Shown piece by piece: positions 1 through 13,276 of a DNA stretch of 64,000 nt. The notes beneath the pieces were generated by a model. It was not told the origin of the DNA. It worked only from the letters and a program-made list of their open reading frames with translations, and did no database searches. The stretch is from Basidiobolus meristosporus CBS 931.73. Lineage: Eukaryota > Fungi > Basidiobolomycota. The stretch is taken from contig MCFE01000078.1 of assembly GCA_002104905.1 (NCBI GenBank), positions 117,023 to 181,022 of the forward strand, given 5' to 3'. The position numbers were made by a program, and so were the translations under genes. The stretch's first letter is position 1, and every line of letters begins with the position of its first letter.

Positions 1-204
1 TTGGGGATCTCCCAGTCGGCGCGACACTTTGTATTAGGCAAGCAGGATGAATATGTACTCATTGAGAGTTTGGAGCACAAGAAAGAGCTGAATGGTGAGG
101 GGGCGATGATGGACGCGGGAATGGGGATAACAGGGGACGGGTTTGAAGAAGTCCAGCTTTACGGCTTTGACTCGGACCTGCCACCAGCATACGACCAGGT
201 ATAG
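1..204 (+). CDS. 3' end of a paralog of the small membrane protein gene at 3257-3727 (starts before the window)
   Basis: Translation is identical to the C-terminal ~67 aa of ORF 3257..3727; nucleotides 1-~520 match 3524-~4050 with a few substitutions. Confidence 0.65.
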   Translation: MGISQSARHFVLGKQDEYVLIESLEHKKELNGEGAMMDAGMGITGDGFEEVQLYGFDSDLPPAYDQV

Positions 205-587
205 ACAGCCTTTAGATCGAGGAGTGCCCAAACCTACCGTAAATACCCTCCGCAATTACCCTACCATTACATTAATTTGACATGCCATTGAACCAACCAC
301 AATAAAACGATTTGTGTCGAGTACATTTGAAGCTTGATGTGATAAAGAATGAGGATATACTCCAATTCCGTAGAGGTAACAGTTATCGCATGACACTGCG
401 TTACCAGATGAGCAGAACTGGAAGGCCCAAGTTGGGATTCTCTTGACAACGGGAACGCGGAATCAGAAACGGGATTTTCTAAAGCCGAACTTAATGTTGT
501 CTTGGATTTTAGTTCACGAAGAAACAACCATGGACAGGCCAGTGAATTTATAGGGATCCCTATAATTAGTGAACCTCATGGGATTTC
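1..587. repeat. Local duplication: 1-~520 = 3524-~4050, and 353-587 = 4328-4560
   Basis: Near-identical sequence blocks seen directly; the same antisense ORFs recur at 267, 3790 and 4320. Confidence 0.9.
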
Positions 588-1029
588 GCGGATCAGCAGA
601 ATTTATGTATCAATCAGAAAATTTGCAGTACATGCCCAAATTATGATGGTGGCTGGAATGAATTATGCGGTAAGAGTTATAGCTAAGGGATCCTCAAATA
701 AATATGATCTCGTATATATTTTACGGAAGCAACACCAAAATCTTGACAATCCTTTATATTTTATCATTATTACTATACAGCTATGATGCTGAAAATAAAA
801 ACACTCTTTGGTATGGGATTGCACGGGGAAGATTTGATGTTGAATGGAAAGTGTAGAAATGACCGTGGCTTGCTACATTAAGGCAACAATATTATGGTTG
901 AAGTATGTTTAATTGCAATACAATAGTAAATGCTTCGGCACAGAGAACATCGCTAATTCATACTATAAATAAAATTTCAAGAATTACAAAGCTCTTTGAT
1001 ATTGTTGTAATTGAAGAGGCTGCTTGTCA

Positions 1030-1350
1030 TTGAGTGTGTACGACGCGATTTGATGACGTTTCTCTACCACTAAATCCCAAGGCCATACTTCTGCGTAATG
1101 ATCTCTAGATTTTCTTACTTACCTACCGCTCTCGTAACGGGTCATGGTGATGCACAGCTCGATTCTATCAGCCTCTTTACCAGCTTGCACAGGAGTGTAG
1201 TTCTCGGCGGTGGCTACATCACTGAACTCAACCCAACGAAGTTGTTTGGCCTCTCCGCAAAGATATAGCTGCTAGAAATAGTAGCCTTCCAAACATTAAA
1301 TACGATGGAGAGGCGCTTGCTGTGTTCGGATGCCTTCCCAATCTGATCAG
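1030..1350 (-). pseudogene. Degenerate tandem copy of the DM9-repeat gene
   Basis: Shares blocks with 1690-2030 (ggagtgtagttctcggcggtggct; aacccaacgaagttg; aaggccatac). Downstream flank 880-1030 also resembles 1520-1680. No intact ORF. Confidence 0.75.
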
Positions 1351-1681
1351 TTTAGTGTGAATTTAGCTTTAGCCCACATGAAAACTATCTTACTGATGTC
1401 TCAAATATCCGTATTGCTACTACACAAAAACATGGCTTCAAGTGTTCAACTACCGTAACGATCTCAAGTATGGACAATTTGATGTAGATTAGGAAGGCTC
1501 AAGAATAATGGTGACTTGTGACATCAAGGCAGCAATGTGTTACTTTAAGCTTGTTTAATTACATTATAACAGTGAATACTTCGGGACAGAGAACAACGCT
1601 AATTTGTATTACAGCCATGAATCCAAAGATTACAAGTATCTTTGACTGACCTATGACTCAAGCGCCTATTGGTCGTTGAGC

Positions 1682-2146
1682 TTATGCAACGCAAAGCACG
1701 TAGTAGATGTTTGATGACTTGGCTTTACCACCATATCCAAAGGCCATACCTTCTGCTAGGTGGGCTCCAGATTTGCCGACCTGCTCACCACCCTCGTAAC
1801 GGGTCTTGGTGATGTAGAGTTCGTTCCCATCGGCCTCCTTTCCTGCTTGCAAAGGAGTGTAGTTCTCGGCGGTGGCTGCTCCGCTGCACTCGACCCAACG
1901 AAGTTGCTTGGCATCTCCGCAGAGGACATAATAGTCATGGATAATCACCTCCTTGTTACCGTATGCGATAGAGAGGCCCTTGATATGTTCAGCAACCTTT
2001 CCGACTTGCTCACCACCCTCGTAGCGTTGACGCCCGATGTATAGAGGTTGACCGTCGGCTTCGACTCCTCCCTGGACAGCATTAGGTGGGATTTCACCAT
2101 CCTTGGCATAGACCCATTGAACAGATTGAGATTGAGCAGACGGCAT
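1682..2146 (-). CDS. DM9-repeat / DUF3421 protein (two repeats, lectin-like)
   Basis: WV...G.IPPNAVQGG.E.DG.PLYIGR...GK motif occurs twice in 154 aa; intact and intronless. Confidence 0.85.
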   Translation of the reverse strand: MPSAQSQSVQWVYAKDGEIPPNAVQGGVEADGQPLYIGRQRYEGGEQVGKVAEHIKGLSIAYGNKEVIIHDYYVLCGDAKQLRWVECSGAATAENYTPLQAGKEADGNELYITKTRYEGGEQVGKSGAHLAEGMAFGYGGKAKSSNIYYVLCVA

Positions 2147-3256
2147 GATTGTGGACGATTTAGAGTTTAGTACAAATCCAGCTAGTTGTCAGACTATTCA
2201 CCACGAGCCGCCATTTATATGGACATCTTCCCGAGATCTTCGTCTTCGTCATCATATGGTGTATGAAATGCAGAGTTCTGTGAGCTGACACGGATGCCAA
2301 CTCAATTGGTTAATTATATTCGATAACGGTGGCTGAGCTCCTTATTTTGTATTCTTAAAGCCTTGATACTTCACTAACCTCACCACGAACAATAGTGGGT
2401 GACGTCAACCCCTCATTAAGTCATCACTGCTAAAATGCCATCGGACCTGATTGAAACAATCACATATGTCACCTGTGCTAACCGTGCAAACCACTTGAGG
2501 TAACAAATAATTGAAAAGCAACATAAGATCTTAGTTTAATCAGATAACATAGCCGTATTTCTTACTCAGTTCAAGGTTTCTCGCATAGTCGTACCGCGGA
2601 CAGTCAGCCAGTTGGAATTAGTATGGCTGTAGAGCACTAATATGCGACATTTTACTTACATCAAGAAGGCAACTAAGGTCAGGGCTCGGGCCTCAGTATA
2701 TATATAAAATCATACAATTAGAACGCTACTTAAAATTGCCATACTCCAGTTTAGTCCTACATGGTAAGGTAATGCGGACCCAGATTTCCGCCGCTGGAGG
2801 TGGAATGCACTGTTCTCCAGGTTTGCCTATCCCCGCTATCTGGTGGTGTGACTCAATTCAAGCACTCTTGCTGGGCCTGTACGGCAGTATGGAGATATTC
2901 AGAGATTCTGATTAGTGTAATGCATTGCATTGCATCGCATCTCACTGCCTTTGGCCTCTCTTCCCACTTGCATCCACACTCACGCCCACATCGACCACAT
3001 CTTTGTCATTCCACCACACCATGTACCTGTCACTCATTCCATACATTGTGCACTGTGTTGTGCGCACATCCGACCACCACCACCACTGCTGCTGCTGCCG
3101 CCGCCGCCGCCGCCTTCAACATGGTTATCATAAAAAGGGCAAGCTCGCGCCACATTCCATCCCACACACACCTCCTGTTGTCATCAGTTGATTAGTGAAG
3201 AGTCGTCTCTCAAGAGCGAACACCCCGCATCCTGATTAAGCTGGACCTATTGAGCA

Positions 3257-3727
3257 ATGCACACACCGTACTACTTTACTGCTGCCATCACTTTCGCATC
3301 CCACAGACTCACGATGGTCTCGGGTATGGCAGAGCCCAACACCCCGATGATTGAGCCGATGGTTGTTCCCGGCATAAAGTTGCAATCCATTCTCAGCTCA
3401 CCACTCGCGTCACCGCTTCCTCACTTTTTCACCTCCATATCTGACAGCCTGGCCACGGTTGTCCTTGGAATGCTTATGCTCTCGATCATTGTCACTACCC
3501 TGCTCCTACTCTATCACGCACTTTTGGGGATCTCCCAGTCGGCGCGACACTTTGTATTAGGCAAGCAGGATGAATATGTACTCATTGAGAGTCTGGAGCA
3601 CAAGAAAGAGCTGAATGGTGAGGGGGCGATGATGGACGCGGGAATGGGGATAACAGGGGACGGGTTTGAAGAAGTCCAGCTTTACGGCTTTGACTCGGAC
3701 CTGCCGCCAGCATACGACCAGGTATAG
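3257..3727 (+). CDS. Small hypothetical single-pass membrane protein
   Basis: Hydrophobic segment TVVLGMLMLSIIVTTLLLLYHALLG and a C-terminal PPAY motif; a duplicated copy exists at 1-204. Start codon uncertain (could be 3319). Confidence 0.6.
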   Translation: MHTPYYFTAAITFASHRLTMVSGMAEPNTPMIEPMVVPGIKLQSILSSPLASPLPHFFTSISDSLATVVLGMLMLSIIVTTLLLLYHALLGISQSARHFVLGKQDEYVLIESLEHKKELNGEGAMMDAGMGITGDGFEEVQLYGFDSDLPPAYDQV

Positions 3728-4232
3728 ACAGCCTTTAGATCGAGGAATGCCCAAACCTACCGTAAACACCCTCCGCAATTACCCTACCATTACATTAATT
3801 TGACATGCCATTGAACCAACCACAATAAAACGATTTGTGTCGAGTACATTTGAAGCTTGATGTGATAAAGAATGAGGATATACTCCAATTCCGTAGAGGT
3901 AACAGTCATCGCATGACACTGCGTTACCAGATGAGCAGAACTGGAAGGCCCAAGTTGGGATTCTCTTGACAACGGGAACGCGGAATCAGAAACGGGATTT
4001 TCTAAAGCCGAACTTAATGTTGTCTTGGATTTTAGTTCACGAAGTACAACCAAGAACGTACGCCGCATTATAAATATATCCACAGCATTGTCAAATTGTG
4101 GGATTTATATTAGCAGCCAAATTTGAATGATATTCCTTTTGACCCTGTCACAACATCCCCCAAATATCCTGATCTAGCGATGTTTGTTTGGGTTGCACTC
4201 GAGTGTACTCATGACTGCTTAGAAAACAGAAT

Positions 4233-4258
4233 CACACACACACACACACACACACACA
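4233..4258. repeat. (CA)n microsatellite
   Basis: About 12 CA units seen directly. Confidence 0.95.
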
Positions 4259-4846
4259 GAGACTAGCAGTGGCTTTCATTTTGTCGAATTTTTCAAGTTT
4301 ATATGTATTCGTAGGTAGTTTATGTAGGGATATACTCCAATTCCGTAATGGCAACGGTCATCGCATGACACTGCGTTACCAGATGAGCAGAACTGGAAGG
4401 CCCAAGTTGGGATTCTCTTGACAACGGGAACGCGGAATCAGAAACGGGATTTTCTAAAGCCGAACTTAATGTTGTCTTGGATTTTAGTTCACGAAGAAAC
4501 AACCATGGACAGGCCAGTGAATTTATAGGGATCCATATAATTAGTGAACCTCATGGGATTGGATTGGATGCGAAATTTCCTGATCAACCGTTACAGTTCC
4601 AATTCCCCTGTATAACAGGTGGACAGAAGAACCCTTGAATCTGAACCTTGGTCCTTCCACACTACGCACCATCATCCTTCACTCATATCCAACCAACCAT
4701 TTTGTTACCAACGATAAATGTTATAGACAATTACCCATTCTTTATTGAAAACATCGATTATTTGTACATAAAATCAGGGTCTAAATTAGATCATTGAATA
4801 ATGGTTACAATTCATCAAGGATGAATGAATGGGTCGGATAGGTAAT

Positions 4847-7036
4847 TTAGTAACTTCTGCCGAACAAGGTCCAGCGCTTAGCGTCAGCACCACAAGCGGC
4901 ACACTTGGTGACCCCGGGGACGATGGGCTTGTCTTGGGGTTGCTCTAAGGGGATGCAGAGGGATTTGGCTCCCATGGATGGGGCTCTCTCGTCCTCAGCC
5001 TCATCCTCTTGCTCCTCGTTACGGGAGCTCTTCTCCTTAATGTCATCCTCACATTGGACTTCCTCACACCAGGGGATCATCACGGAGCAGCGGGAGTTCA
5101 AGGCAGGAACGAAGTCCTTCCACTCGGTGACGTATTTCACGTGTGCGTCGCGAACAGCCTTGGCACTCTCGAACATATCCTTTTGAATGGTTTGCAAAAG
5201 AGCAGGAACATCGGTAGCAAGAGAAGCCATGGGAATAGGTGCCTTCTTACCGTTGTCACGACGGACTGAGAGAGTGGACTTCTTGGCAAGGTCCATGGGG
5301 CCGATTTCAAGACGAAGTGGAGTACCACGGAGTTCCCAGTGGTTGAACTTGTATCCGGGAGTGTAGTTCTCTCTCAAATCAGCCTTGGCTCTAACGCCGA
5401 CAGACTTGAGGATCTTCACAACCTCCTTGACACCCTCCTCAACGTTACGTCTGTCTTCGTCGGTACTCTTAACGGTAAGACCGCAAGGAACGACGATGAC
5501 TTGGGTGGAGGCAACTCTAGGTGGGATAATCAAACCCTTGTCGTCACCGTGAACCATCACCATGACACCAATGGTACGGGTGGTGATGCCCCAGGAGTTC
5601 TGCCAGACGAACAACTTCTTGGCTTCAGCGTCATCACCGGCATTGGCAGGAGCGTTAGGGTCTTCAACGGTGATGTTGAACATCTTGGCGAAGTTTTGTC
5701 CCAAGCAGTGACTGGTGGCACCCTGAATACCACGTCCGGTGGTGGGGATGAAGCCTTCCACGGTGGTGGTGTAGAGGCCACCGGCGAACTTCTCCTTCTC
5801 GGATTTGATGCCCTTAATGACGGGAACAGCCAAAAGGTCCTCGTAGACTTGGCGGTAGAGATCCAAGATCTGGAAGACTTCCTCACTAGCAAGTTCCTTG
5901 GTCAGGTGAGCGGTGTGGCCCTCCTGCCAGAGAAATTCTCTGGTACGAAGGAAAGGTTGAGGGTGCTTGAATTCCCAACGAACAACATTACACCATTGGT
6001 TAATCTTGAGAGGAAGGTCACGATGACTACGAATCCACTTGGCAAAGTAAGGATACATGACAGTCTCGGAGGTGGGACGGATGGCAATGGGCTCATCTAA
6101 ATCAGAGGAACCAGCCTTGGTGACCCAAGCGACCTCAGGAGCGAATCCTTCGACGTGATCCTTCTCCTTCTCAAGAACCTTAGATGAGACAAACATAGGG
6201 AAGTAGGTGTTCTCGACACCCAACTCTTGGATCTCGGCATCGAAGAAATCGGTGATGTATTTCCAGATGTTGTAGGCCAAGGGTCTGATAATGTAACATC
6301 CGCTGACGTCGTAGTACTCGAGCATTTCACTCTTGGTGACCACCTGTTGGTACCACTTGGGGAAATCGACCTCCTTTTTATACTCGATTCCAATCTTGAC
6401 GCTGTCTTCCTCTGGCTTGGGCTTTTGGGCTTTGGTGGCGGCCTTAGGTGCCTTAGGTTGCTGAGGCTTGGCGGCAGGGGCTTCGGCAGCCAAGGCCTTG
6501 AAGTCAACTTCAGTGTATTTGGCGGAGGAGCTCTCGAGATATTTCTTGATCTCAGCGAGAGTAAGGAAAGTGGTCTTTTCGGAGGCAGATGGATGGAACC
6601 CGATGAGGGTTCCCTGGTCAACACTTAAAAGAGCAGCATCGACGACGAGATGAACGTTGCTGATGTTCTCGGCCGAGACGTTTTCAAGAGCAAAAGGAGA
6701 GGTAGCCTCCTTGGTAACCCCAAAGAAACTGCTCAACAAATCCTCGTTGGCAAAACGAAGATCCTTCAAACTGAGTTTTTTACCCAAGGCGGACATGTTG
6801 GTCTCGGTGGATTCCAAGGCAACAACCATCACGGGGGTCACTGGAGCATTCTTGGCGGTCTTGGGCTTGAGAACCAAGGTCTTGGTCAAGACATAGGTGC
6901 TGGGAAGGGAGGCTTGATCGCATTGGCCTAGAGCCTCGCTCCATTCAGCATTGTTCTTGACAGGTTCGTGGTCCACAACCTTAGGTGAAATGCTAAGCGA
7001 AGTGAAACGGTCAACAACAGATTGAAAAGTAGCCAT
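4847..7036 (-). CDS. Prolyl-tRNA synthetase (eukaryote/archaeal type) with N-terminal YbaK/ProX-like domain
   Basis: Motifs [81 protein letters not shown] and C-terminal FGRSY; 729-aa intronless ORF. Confidence 0.97.
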   Translation of the reverse strand: MATFQSVVDRFTSLSISPKVVDHEPVKNNAEWSEALGQCDQASLPSTYVLTKTLVLKPKTAKNAPVTPVMVVALESTETNMSALGKKLSLKDLRFANEDLLSSFFGVTKEATSPFALENVSAENISNVHLVVDAALLSVDQGTLIGFHPSASEKTTFLTLAEIKKYLESSSAKYTEVDFKALAAEAPAAKPQQPKAPKAATKAQKPKPEEDSVKIGIEYKKEVDFPKWYQQVVTKSEMLEYYDVSGCYIIRPLAYNIWKYITDFFDAEIQELGVENTYFPMFVSSKVLEKEKDHVEGFAPEVAWVTKAGSSDLDEPIAIRPTSETVMYPYFAKWIRSHRDLPLKINQWCNVVRWEFKHPQPFLRTREFLWQEGHTAHLTKELASEEVFQILDLYRQVYEDLLAVPVIKGIKSEKEKFAGGLYTTTVEGFIPTTGRGIQGATSHCLGQNFAKMFNITVEDPNAPANAGDDAEAKKLFVWQNSWGITTRTIGVMVMVHGDDKGLIIPPRVASTQVIVVPCGLTVKSTDEDRRNVEEGVKEVVKILKSVGVRAKADLRENYTPGYKFNHWELRGTPLRLEIGPMDLAKKSTLSVRRDNGKKAPIPMASLATDVPALLQTIQKDMFESAKAVRDAHVKYVTEWKDFVPALNSRCSVMIPWCEEVQCEDDIKEKSSRNEEQEDEAEDERAPSMGAKSLCIPLEQPQDKPIVPGVTKCAACGADAKRWTLFGRSY

Positions 7037-7470
7037 GGAGGAAGAAACTGGTTGTGTCGAAGGAAAGTTTATTTCAGTTCCAAGCGTTTACCAGAGGCAC
7101 TACCCTCTCTTGAATCAATCCCAAGAGAAAAAAAACCAATTAGAGGGCACATGCCCGGAGTAAGTATTTTTTTCGACCAGTAACTGGTCAGTTGGTTAGG
7201 TGGGAATTTTTAGTAACTTGGGTAAATCAGGCATGATTTGTGATTTTATTAATCGAATGGACGGCTAGCCAAATTAGACGTCGGTTGATTATCCTGATCG
7301 ATGGTGGCTTGCTGCATAGGTGAACTCTAATATATTAATTTACAAAGTACAGGGAAATACAAAGAGAGTAAAATAATAGAAAACATGGATACAATGGTGA
7401 GACCGAACTTAAATACATCAAACATGCTTAACTTTACATAGAATAGGGCCGATTCACTTTCTGACTCCCG

Positions 7471-8585
7471 TCATACCATGGCCGACTTCTCCGGGCCGTT
7501 ATCTGAAGGCACGGTAGTGATTTCGCCACCGAGGCTATTTTTCGCCCGGATCTTGTTCCTTAGTGCCTCCATAACCTCCGCATGAGATAGTGACCGACCA
7601 CGTTTTTTCGCGGTGCTCTCCTGATAGATAGGCTCTAGACCATTGTCTGACTTACTATCGAGTTGTGAAGAGCCTCGTTTTTTCGGTGGTGAAGGAAACT
7701 GCCTTGGGGTGCGTAAGGGCTGCGAGCTTGCGCGATTGGCCAAAGTACTGTTAATTATCAACCTGTTTGCCGGATGAGTGGTGTTTTGGAGTACTGTTGT
7801 CTGCCGATGCAGATTTGTCGGAGTCCCGATGGCACTGAGGCGGGCTGCACCCACCAGTGAGGTGGACTTCGAAGGCGTCGTAGATCCTGGGATAAGTCCA
7901 GACAGGGCTCCGTATGAATCTATCACAACCCTAAATATACCGCTAGTCAGTCAGGCAGGCTGAAATACAAGCATCCGGGTCAGAATATATTACCTTGACG
8001 TATACAAATCATCAGCTATGTGGTGGATATGAAAGTAGGTAAGCATCCGATATTAACAGGTGAATGTGCAATTACTATATATACCGATGGGAGTCGAATA
8101 ACCAACACCTATCCTTCGTTGCTCTCTCACAATCTCCAGATCGAGCAACCTTGACTCGAGAATGAGTTTTTCAGCGGCGCGTCGCTCTGCTTCACATACT
8201 CTCTGCAATCAACATGTCAGTTAAACCAATCATCGGCCGGAAGAGTATCTGGCAATCTTACATTATCTTCCGCGATTTTCGCATCGAGCACAAGCTGTAA
8301 CAAATCAGGCTTATCAGCATACTGTCGAAGAATCTCCCGCAGAGAGCAATGGGCGAAGGTGAGGGCACCCGTGAGTTGAGCGCTGGCATCCACACTTGCC
8401 TGCAAATACACTTGCATCAAGTGTGTCTGCACCTCTTGTGCTTGGTGGTGCTGAGTATGCTGGAATTGTTCTTGTTGTAGTTGTAGATGCAATTGCTGCT
8501 GTATGTCAGGGTGAGCCTGACCCTCGGAAAAATAATGATGTTCGATAGCCGTCGAGGCAGGCGTGGTGGGTGGAAAGTTATTCAT
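7471..8585 (-). CDS. Multi-exon hypothetical protein (Gln-rich N-terminus, coiled-coil LREILRQYADKPDLLQLVLDAKIAED...RLLDLE, low-complexity C-terminus)
   Basis: ATG at 8585; GT donor after EDN (~8261); next exon RVCEAERRAAEKLILESRLLDLE; last exon in ORF 7471..7926. Middle exon boundaries not fully resolved. Confidence 0.6.
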
Positions 8586-10035
8586 ATCTGTCGCAGTAAA
8601 CGCTGCAAACTTTATCACACAACCTCCGGGCAAAGCAACCAACGACAGACAAAGAAGATAAAAATAAGGGATCCTAGGAGGGGTAGGGAATTATTTATAT
8701 TTGAAACCGACGATTATTTTGGATTAGCTTGGACTGCTGGATAATGCACGCATTTATTATCGCTACAATACCCGCGAATTTACCGTTTCAAGACGTGGTT
8801 TGAATGCTTCAAAAAGACACCGGAGGGGATTCCCATCGATTGGTCGGTATATATATTGGAGCTGGTCTCAACGCCAATTTCCATAACAACTAGGATACTT
8901 CCACTAATACAGTAGTTCGGCACACTGGTGGGATAATTGGCGGATATTTATAGATAGCGACAAGCAATGAGTATTTGGAAGCGGTGGGCTCCCCAGTTCA
9001 GTGAAGGACAGTCTAAAAGATCCAAATCGACCAGAGGAAAACAAAGCGAATCCACAATACGTCATAGTCATCTGACTAGTCGGCATATGATGCATCCACC
9101 TACTAGCCGTCCAGATGTAACCTAGGGTTGTTTATCGCACAAACCCATGCGCATGTTTTTGATGCCAACCTTACTTTTCATCTTGTCAGTGGCACTACTT
9201 TTCCCATGTGTGCGACTGCTAAATGGATACAGACCTGCCCTTTACAACTTGTAAATTTTGTGGAGCGGTTCCCACTGTAATATATCCGTAACCAGCTGCT
9301 TCCGTGCGTCATCAACATTAGCAGAGACACGGGTGATTGGAATATTCAAAGCAGCTGCTGAGGACCCAACACAGAGCGTATCTGTCTAATCCAGCATGAG
9401 CGGATCTTAACGACGTACATGAGGGTATCACCAGGGCACCTAGAGCTCGGCCAGTCTTACTCATTTCAGACATTGAACGACCATGGTACCAAATGAAACA
9501 CATGCAGCAACAAGTACTAATTATACACAGGCTGGAGGCGAAAGTTGATCTTCCATTTGGCGGCGTGGCATACTACAATGCAGCCTTAGAAAAGTCACAA
9601 ATAGCGACCAAGCATATTGCACTTGCAAAGGGTATTACCTTAGGCCCATGTCCAGCGAAAAGTACCTTGCAGCTACTGCCAGGGTGATTTGGATCCGAAG
9701 CCTACCGTTGGTGGATTCAATACCGCAGGACATCCGAAGGCCCATACGGTATACTTATGATCGAGTAAATAGCCACCCCCTAAGCAAAGTGGTCCACATC
9801 ATCAATCCAGAAAACGAAACGCGAGTAGAAACGACGTTCGGCGACACTGATGCCAATTTTGGACTCAGTTCAGGTGCACCAGTCGACCGCGCCAACATCA
9901 CGTTCGTCGCTGGTTTGTATGAGGGCAGCCCACTCATTCGTAGCATAGAAATCAACAAAACAACCAGCTTCTGATTATATCGAATATGGAGGAATTTATT
10001 TTCTGGATTTTTAGCAGGGAAAGTACGAAGTGGAC

Positions 10036-10417
10036 TTATTTCTTGCCAGACTTCTTGATACCACCACCAACTACATAAGCAAAAGAGGTTGAGTAGGTGG
10101 ACAGAGGGATGCGAGGGGATGGAGCACTTACGTAGTGGGCCTCCACCCTTGGCCTTGGCTTGGAGTTCCTTCAACTTCTTTTGCTCCTCCTTTTGCTTTT
10201 GCTTGAAGGCAAGATCGTCCTACAAATCACAGAAGAACCGGGTTAATCATAGGCCTGCAGCGAAACCCCAGTTTCCCTATCACGTACTTCATCCATATCT
10301 TGTTGCTTCTTCTTGGGAGCCTTAAGAGGCTTAAGTTTTCCACCTGTCAACGAATCAGATTAACGTCGCTCCTTGCGGCCATGAAGGATACTCCCACTTA
10401 CCTTGTCTTCCTGACAT
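10036..10417 (-). CDS. TMA7: Translation machinery-associated protein 7 (4 exons)
   Basis: Exons 10417-10402, 10343-10288, 10219-10132, 10070-10036 with GT-AG introns splice to [64 protein letters not shown]. Confidence 0.95.
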
Positions 10418-10819
10418 ACTTGAAACTGGTGATAGATGGCTACTGAGGGTGGAATATTTAAATCATCAATATCTGATCACACTTCAAGAAAACCGAAAAA
10501 AAAAATGGCACAAAAATCATGGCGAGTGTTTGCTAATGGTCCCGAGTCCTTATTCCAATGAATGTTCCAGAATAGACATTACCAAGTCTGATCAATTCAC
10601 TTGGTCTGGTAAAATGATCTGGATTGAACATTTATTTTGGGTGATTCCGGCTATGGTGCATGTGTGAGGCAGGCGCCGATATCGAGGCTACCTGGGGGCA
10701 TATTAGAGGGAATATTTTTGGTGGTCGGATAATGAACAGGTCATGGAGGTGGTGACATGTATTCTAGAGTCGAAGGGAGGCAGTATGAGAGTGGTTTGCC
10801 ACGACGCCCACTTACAAGG

Positions 10820-12732
10820 CTATTTTTTCGCATCTTCATAACGTGCGCTCGGTTTCGGCGGGAGTGGGTGGGGCTTGTAATTATTGCTATGATTGTGACT
10901 CTTGGAATGTCCGTGTCTATCTCGGCGCTCCTGGTATGAAGAGCTGCCGTTTCGTTTATTGTCGTAAGGTTGTCGGAAGGAGCCATAGGGGTCGTTACGA
11001 TTGGCCTGATGGTTGCCACCTTCCCGCGATTTCTCCTCCTGCTTTTGTCTTCTTCTATTGAATTCATGACTGGCCTCATAAACGGGTAAGCTTCGAAAAA
11101 ACACAGTCAGTCATGATGAAGCGTGGCAACTAGTGGATAAATACTCACTCGCTAGGGTTGGCTGGTAGAGGTTCATACCAGAAATAATCGTGGTCCAGAG
11201 CCTCTCTGGCGGTCAACCTTTTCTTAGGGTCGAGAACCAATATCTTATTCAGCAAATCCACAGCATGTGCTCCATACCTAGCATACGAAAGAAAGGGTGA
11301 AGAAGGGTCAGTAAGCGCAGGTAGCAGTCCCGGAGATCTGGCGCTCACCGCTCAAACTCGTCCTTTAACTTGCGGGCATAGAACTTGAAGGATTTGATGC
11401 TCTCGCACCCTCCAAGTTCTCTCCAACCAGGCATCGAATCCTCCGATGGTGAGCCGCAGAGTCGGAATATCCGATCCAGTTGGTCAATATCCGAGCTACC
11501 AGGCAGAATTGGCTTCCCCTTCAATATCTCACCAAACACACACCTACATGCATCAACGGGTAAATAAGTGGTTGTCAATGTGGTATCCACCTTCACATAT
11601 TACCCCACACCCCACATATCGATAGCTGTCGTGTACTTCTTCTCGCCCATCAGCAGTTCAGGTGGGCGATACCACCTAGTGACAACACAGTTCGTATACT
11701 CCTTCTGAAGCTCAACGTCATACGGACGGGCCAAACCAAAATCTGCTATCTTGAGCACACCTTGGTTATTGATCAGCAGGTTGGCCGCTAGAAACACGTT
11801 AGTTTGGCCATTAGTTCCGAGGACAAGTTTGAACTCAGAGGTTCTATTTACCTTTCATATCTCGATGAAGGATTTTGTTCTGTGGAGATTGGAGAGTCGC
11901 TGTCAGTCAGTGAAAACACCACCCCTTTGATAACAATAAATGCGTACATTATGTAGATACATCATTCCCTCTAGCAACTGACGCATGTATAGTTTGATTT
12001 GTGGCACTGTAAAGGAAACGTTTGGATTTTCCAATAAACCGGCCAAGTCATGGTCCATGTAGGGAAACACCATGTAGATAGCACCACGCTGCCGATGGAG
12101 CCGATTACCTGATGCGAAAAATTGTCCGGTTTCAACACTGAAAGAGTAAGGAAGAAGCCTAGACAACAATACCCCTCAGTATCGCCATGTCCGTAAGATT
12201 GATGACGTTGATGTGGTTCAATGACTTGAGGATTTTGATTTCACGTAAAGCCGTGATGGGTACCTGAGTACGTAGACACGAAATGAGCAAACTATCATAG
12301 CGAAGTTCACGAGCGAAGGCTGAACATAGCGCTACTAACCCCCTCTTTCTCATTATGCATGAGGATCCGCTTTAAAGCCACTACCTCGCCAGAAACCTTA
12401 TGCCGTGCTTTGTGTACCTCCCTTAGATTGTAATGAGCACGTTGAATTGCAGCGAAAAAACAATCGTTGACCCCTAGGATGACTCACCCAAAAGTACCCT
12501 CGCCCAGTTTCTTCTCTATCTCGTAATCCTCGTAGCGTGAGCAGCCGGTGAATTTCTTTGAGTCTCTCTGTTTGTATAGTGGAGAAGCGGTGCTTGGACT
12601 GCTGGATATATACGGGGAAACCGGGACAGTTTGTGAGGTCCCATTGGAGGCGTTGGAAGGGCTAGTTCCATAGCTTGGTGGGTGTTTGTGCTCATGTTGG
12701 TCCTCAATTGAATCATCACCAGATCTCTTCAT
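10820..12732 (-). CDS. BUR1: CDK9-family kinase BUR1/SGV1 (multi-exon)
   Basis: Exon pieces [111 protein letters not shown]. Confidence 0.9.
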
Positions 12733-13276
12733 TGTTTTACGAGCCCTACAAAAACAGTCTCTGGAGTAGAGGTTTGCCAAAAACAATCAACAGTATGGTG
12801 AGCGACCAAAAATGAAGGTCACACAGCTTGTAGAAAGGCAAGGTGATCTTTCGACAGAGTTTTAGAGGGAATTTTTTCTAGGGTTTTTTTTGTTCTTGGG
12901 TTTAGATTTAATGTACCGCGTTAACGTGAGCAGATCAAGTCTACTTCGAAGATTAATCACTTTGATTGAAACCGACTTTAAGAAATGAATCAATCAATGT
13001 CATCCCGCAGGTATGCTTAATGAATGTGGTAACTTATCGTCAAACCCGGCTGGTCATTGGCTGCTTAGATGAGAGTAACACTGACTCCTACAATATGTAA
13101 ATGCGACCGAATGAGTGTTTAGGTTTCCCTGTGAATATAATCATCGGATAAACCAACCTATAAAATTCCACTCAAGACTGGCAATCCAAGTGACTGCAGG
13201 CACCTATATAGTCCCTGTGTGTTTCTCAACCACTTGAGCTCCATTGCCGTTTTTGTCTGAAGCGTGCCTTTGGAGG

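Noticed and set aside
3074-3115. CCA/GCT/GCC trinucleotide run giving poly-Thr/Ala or poly-Pro ORFs
   Set aside because: Simple repeat upstream of the 3257 gene; the overlapping ORFs have no other coding support.
5339-6628. Long plus-strand ORFs opposite ProRS (also 17118-18155 opposite FRS1)
   Set aside because: Antisense shadows of strongly codon-biased genes, with no recognisable motifs.
4847-7036. YbaK-like domain fused to ProRS, and two aaRS genes close together, as a novelty
   Set aside because: An N-terminal editing-like domain is known in fungal ProRS, and the proximity of housekeeping genes is unremarkable.
9648-9974. 108-aa plus-strand ORF downstream of TMA7
   Set aside because: No recognisable motif or clear gene structure; may be a relic but is unsupported.
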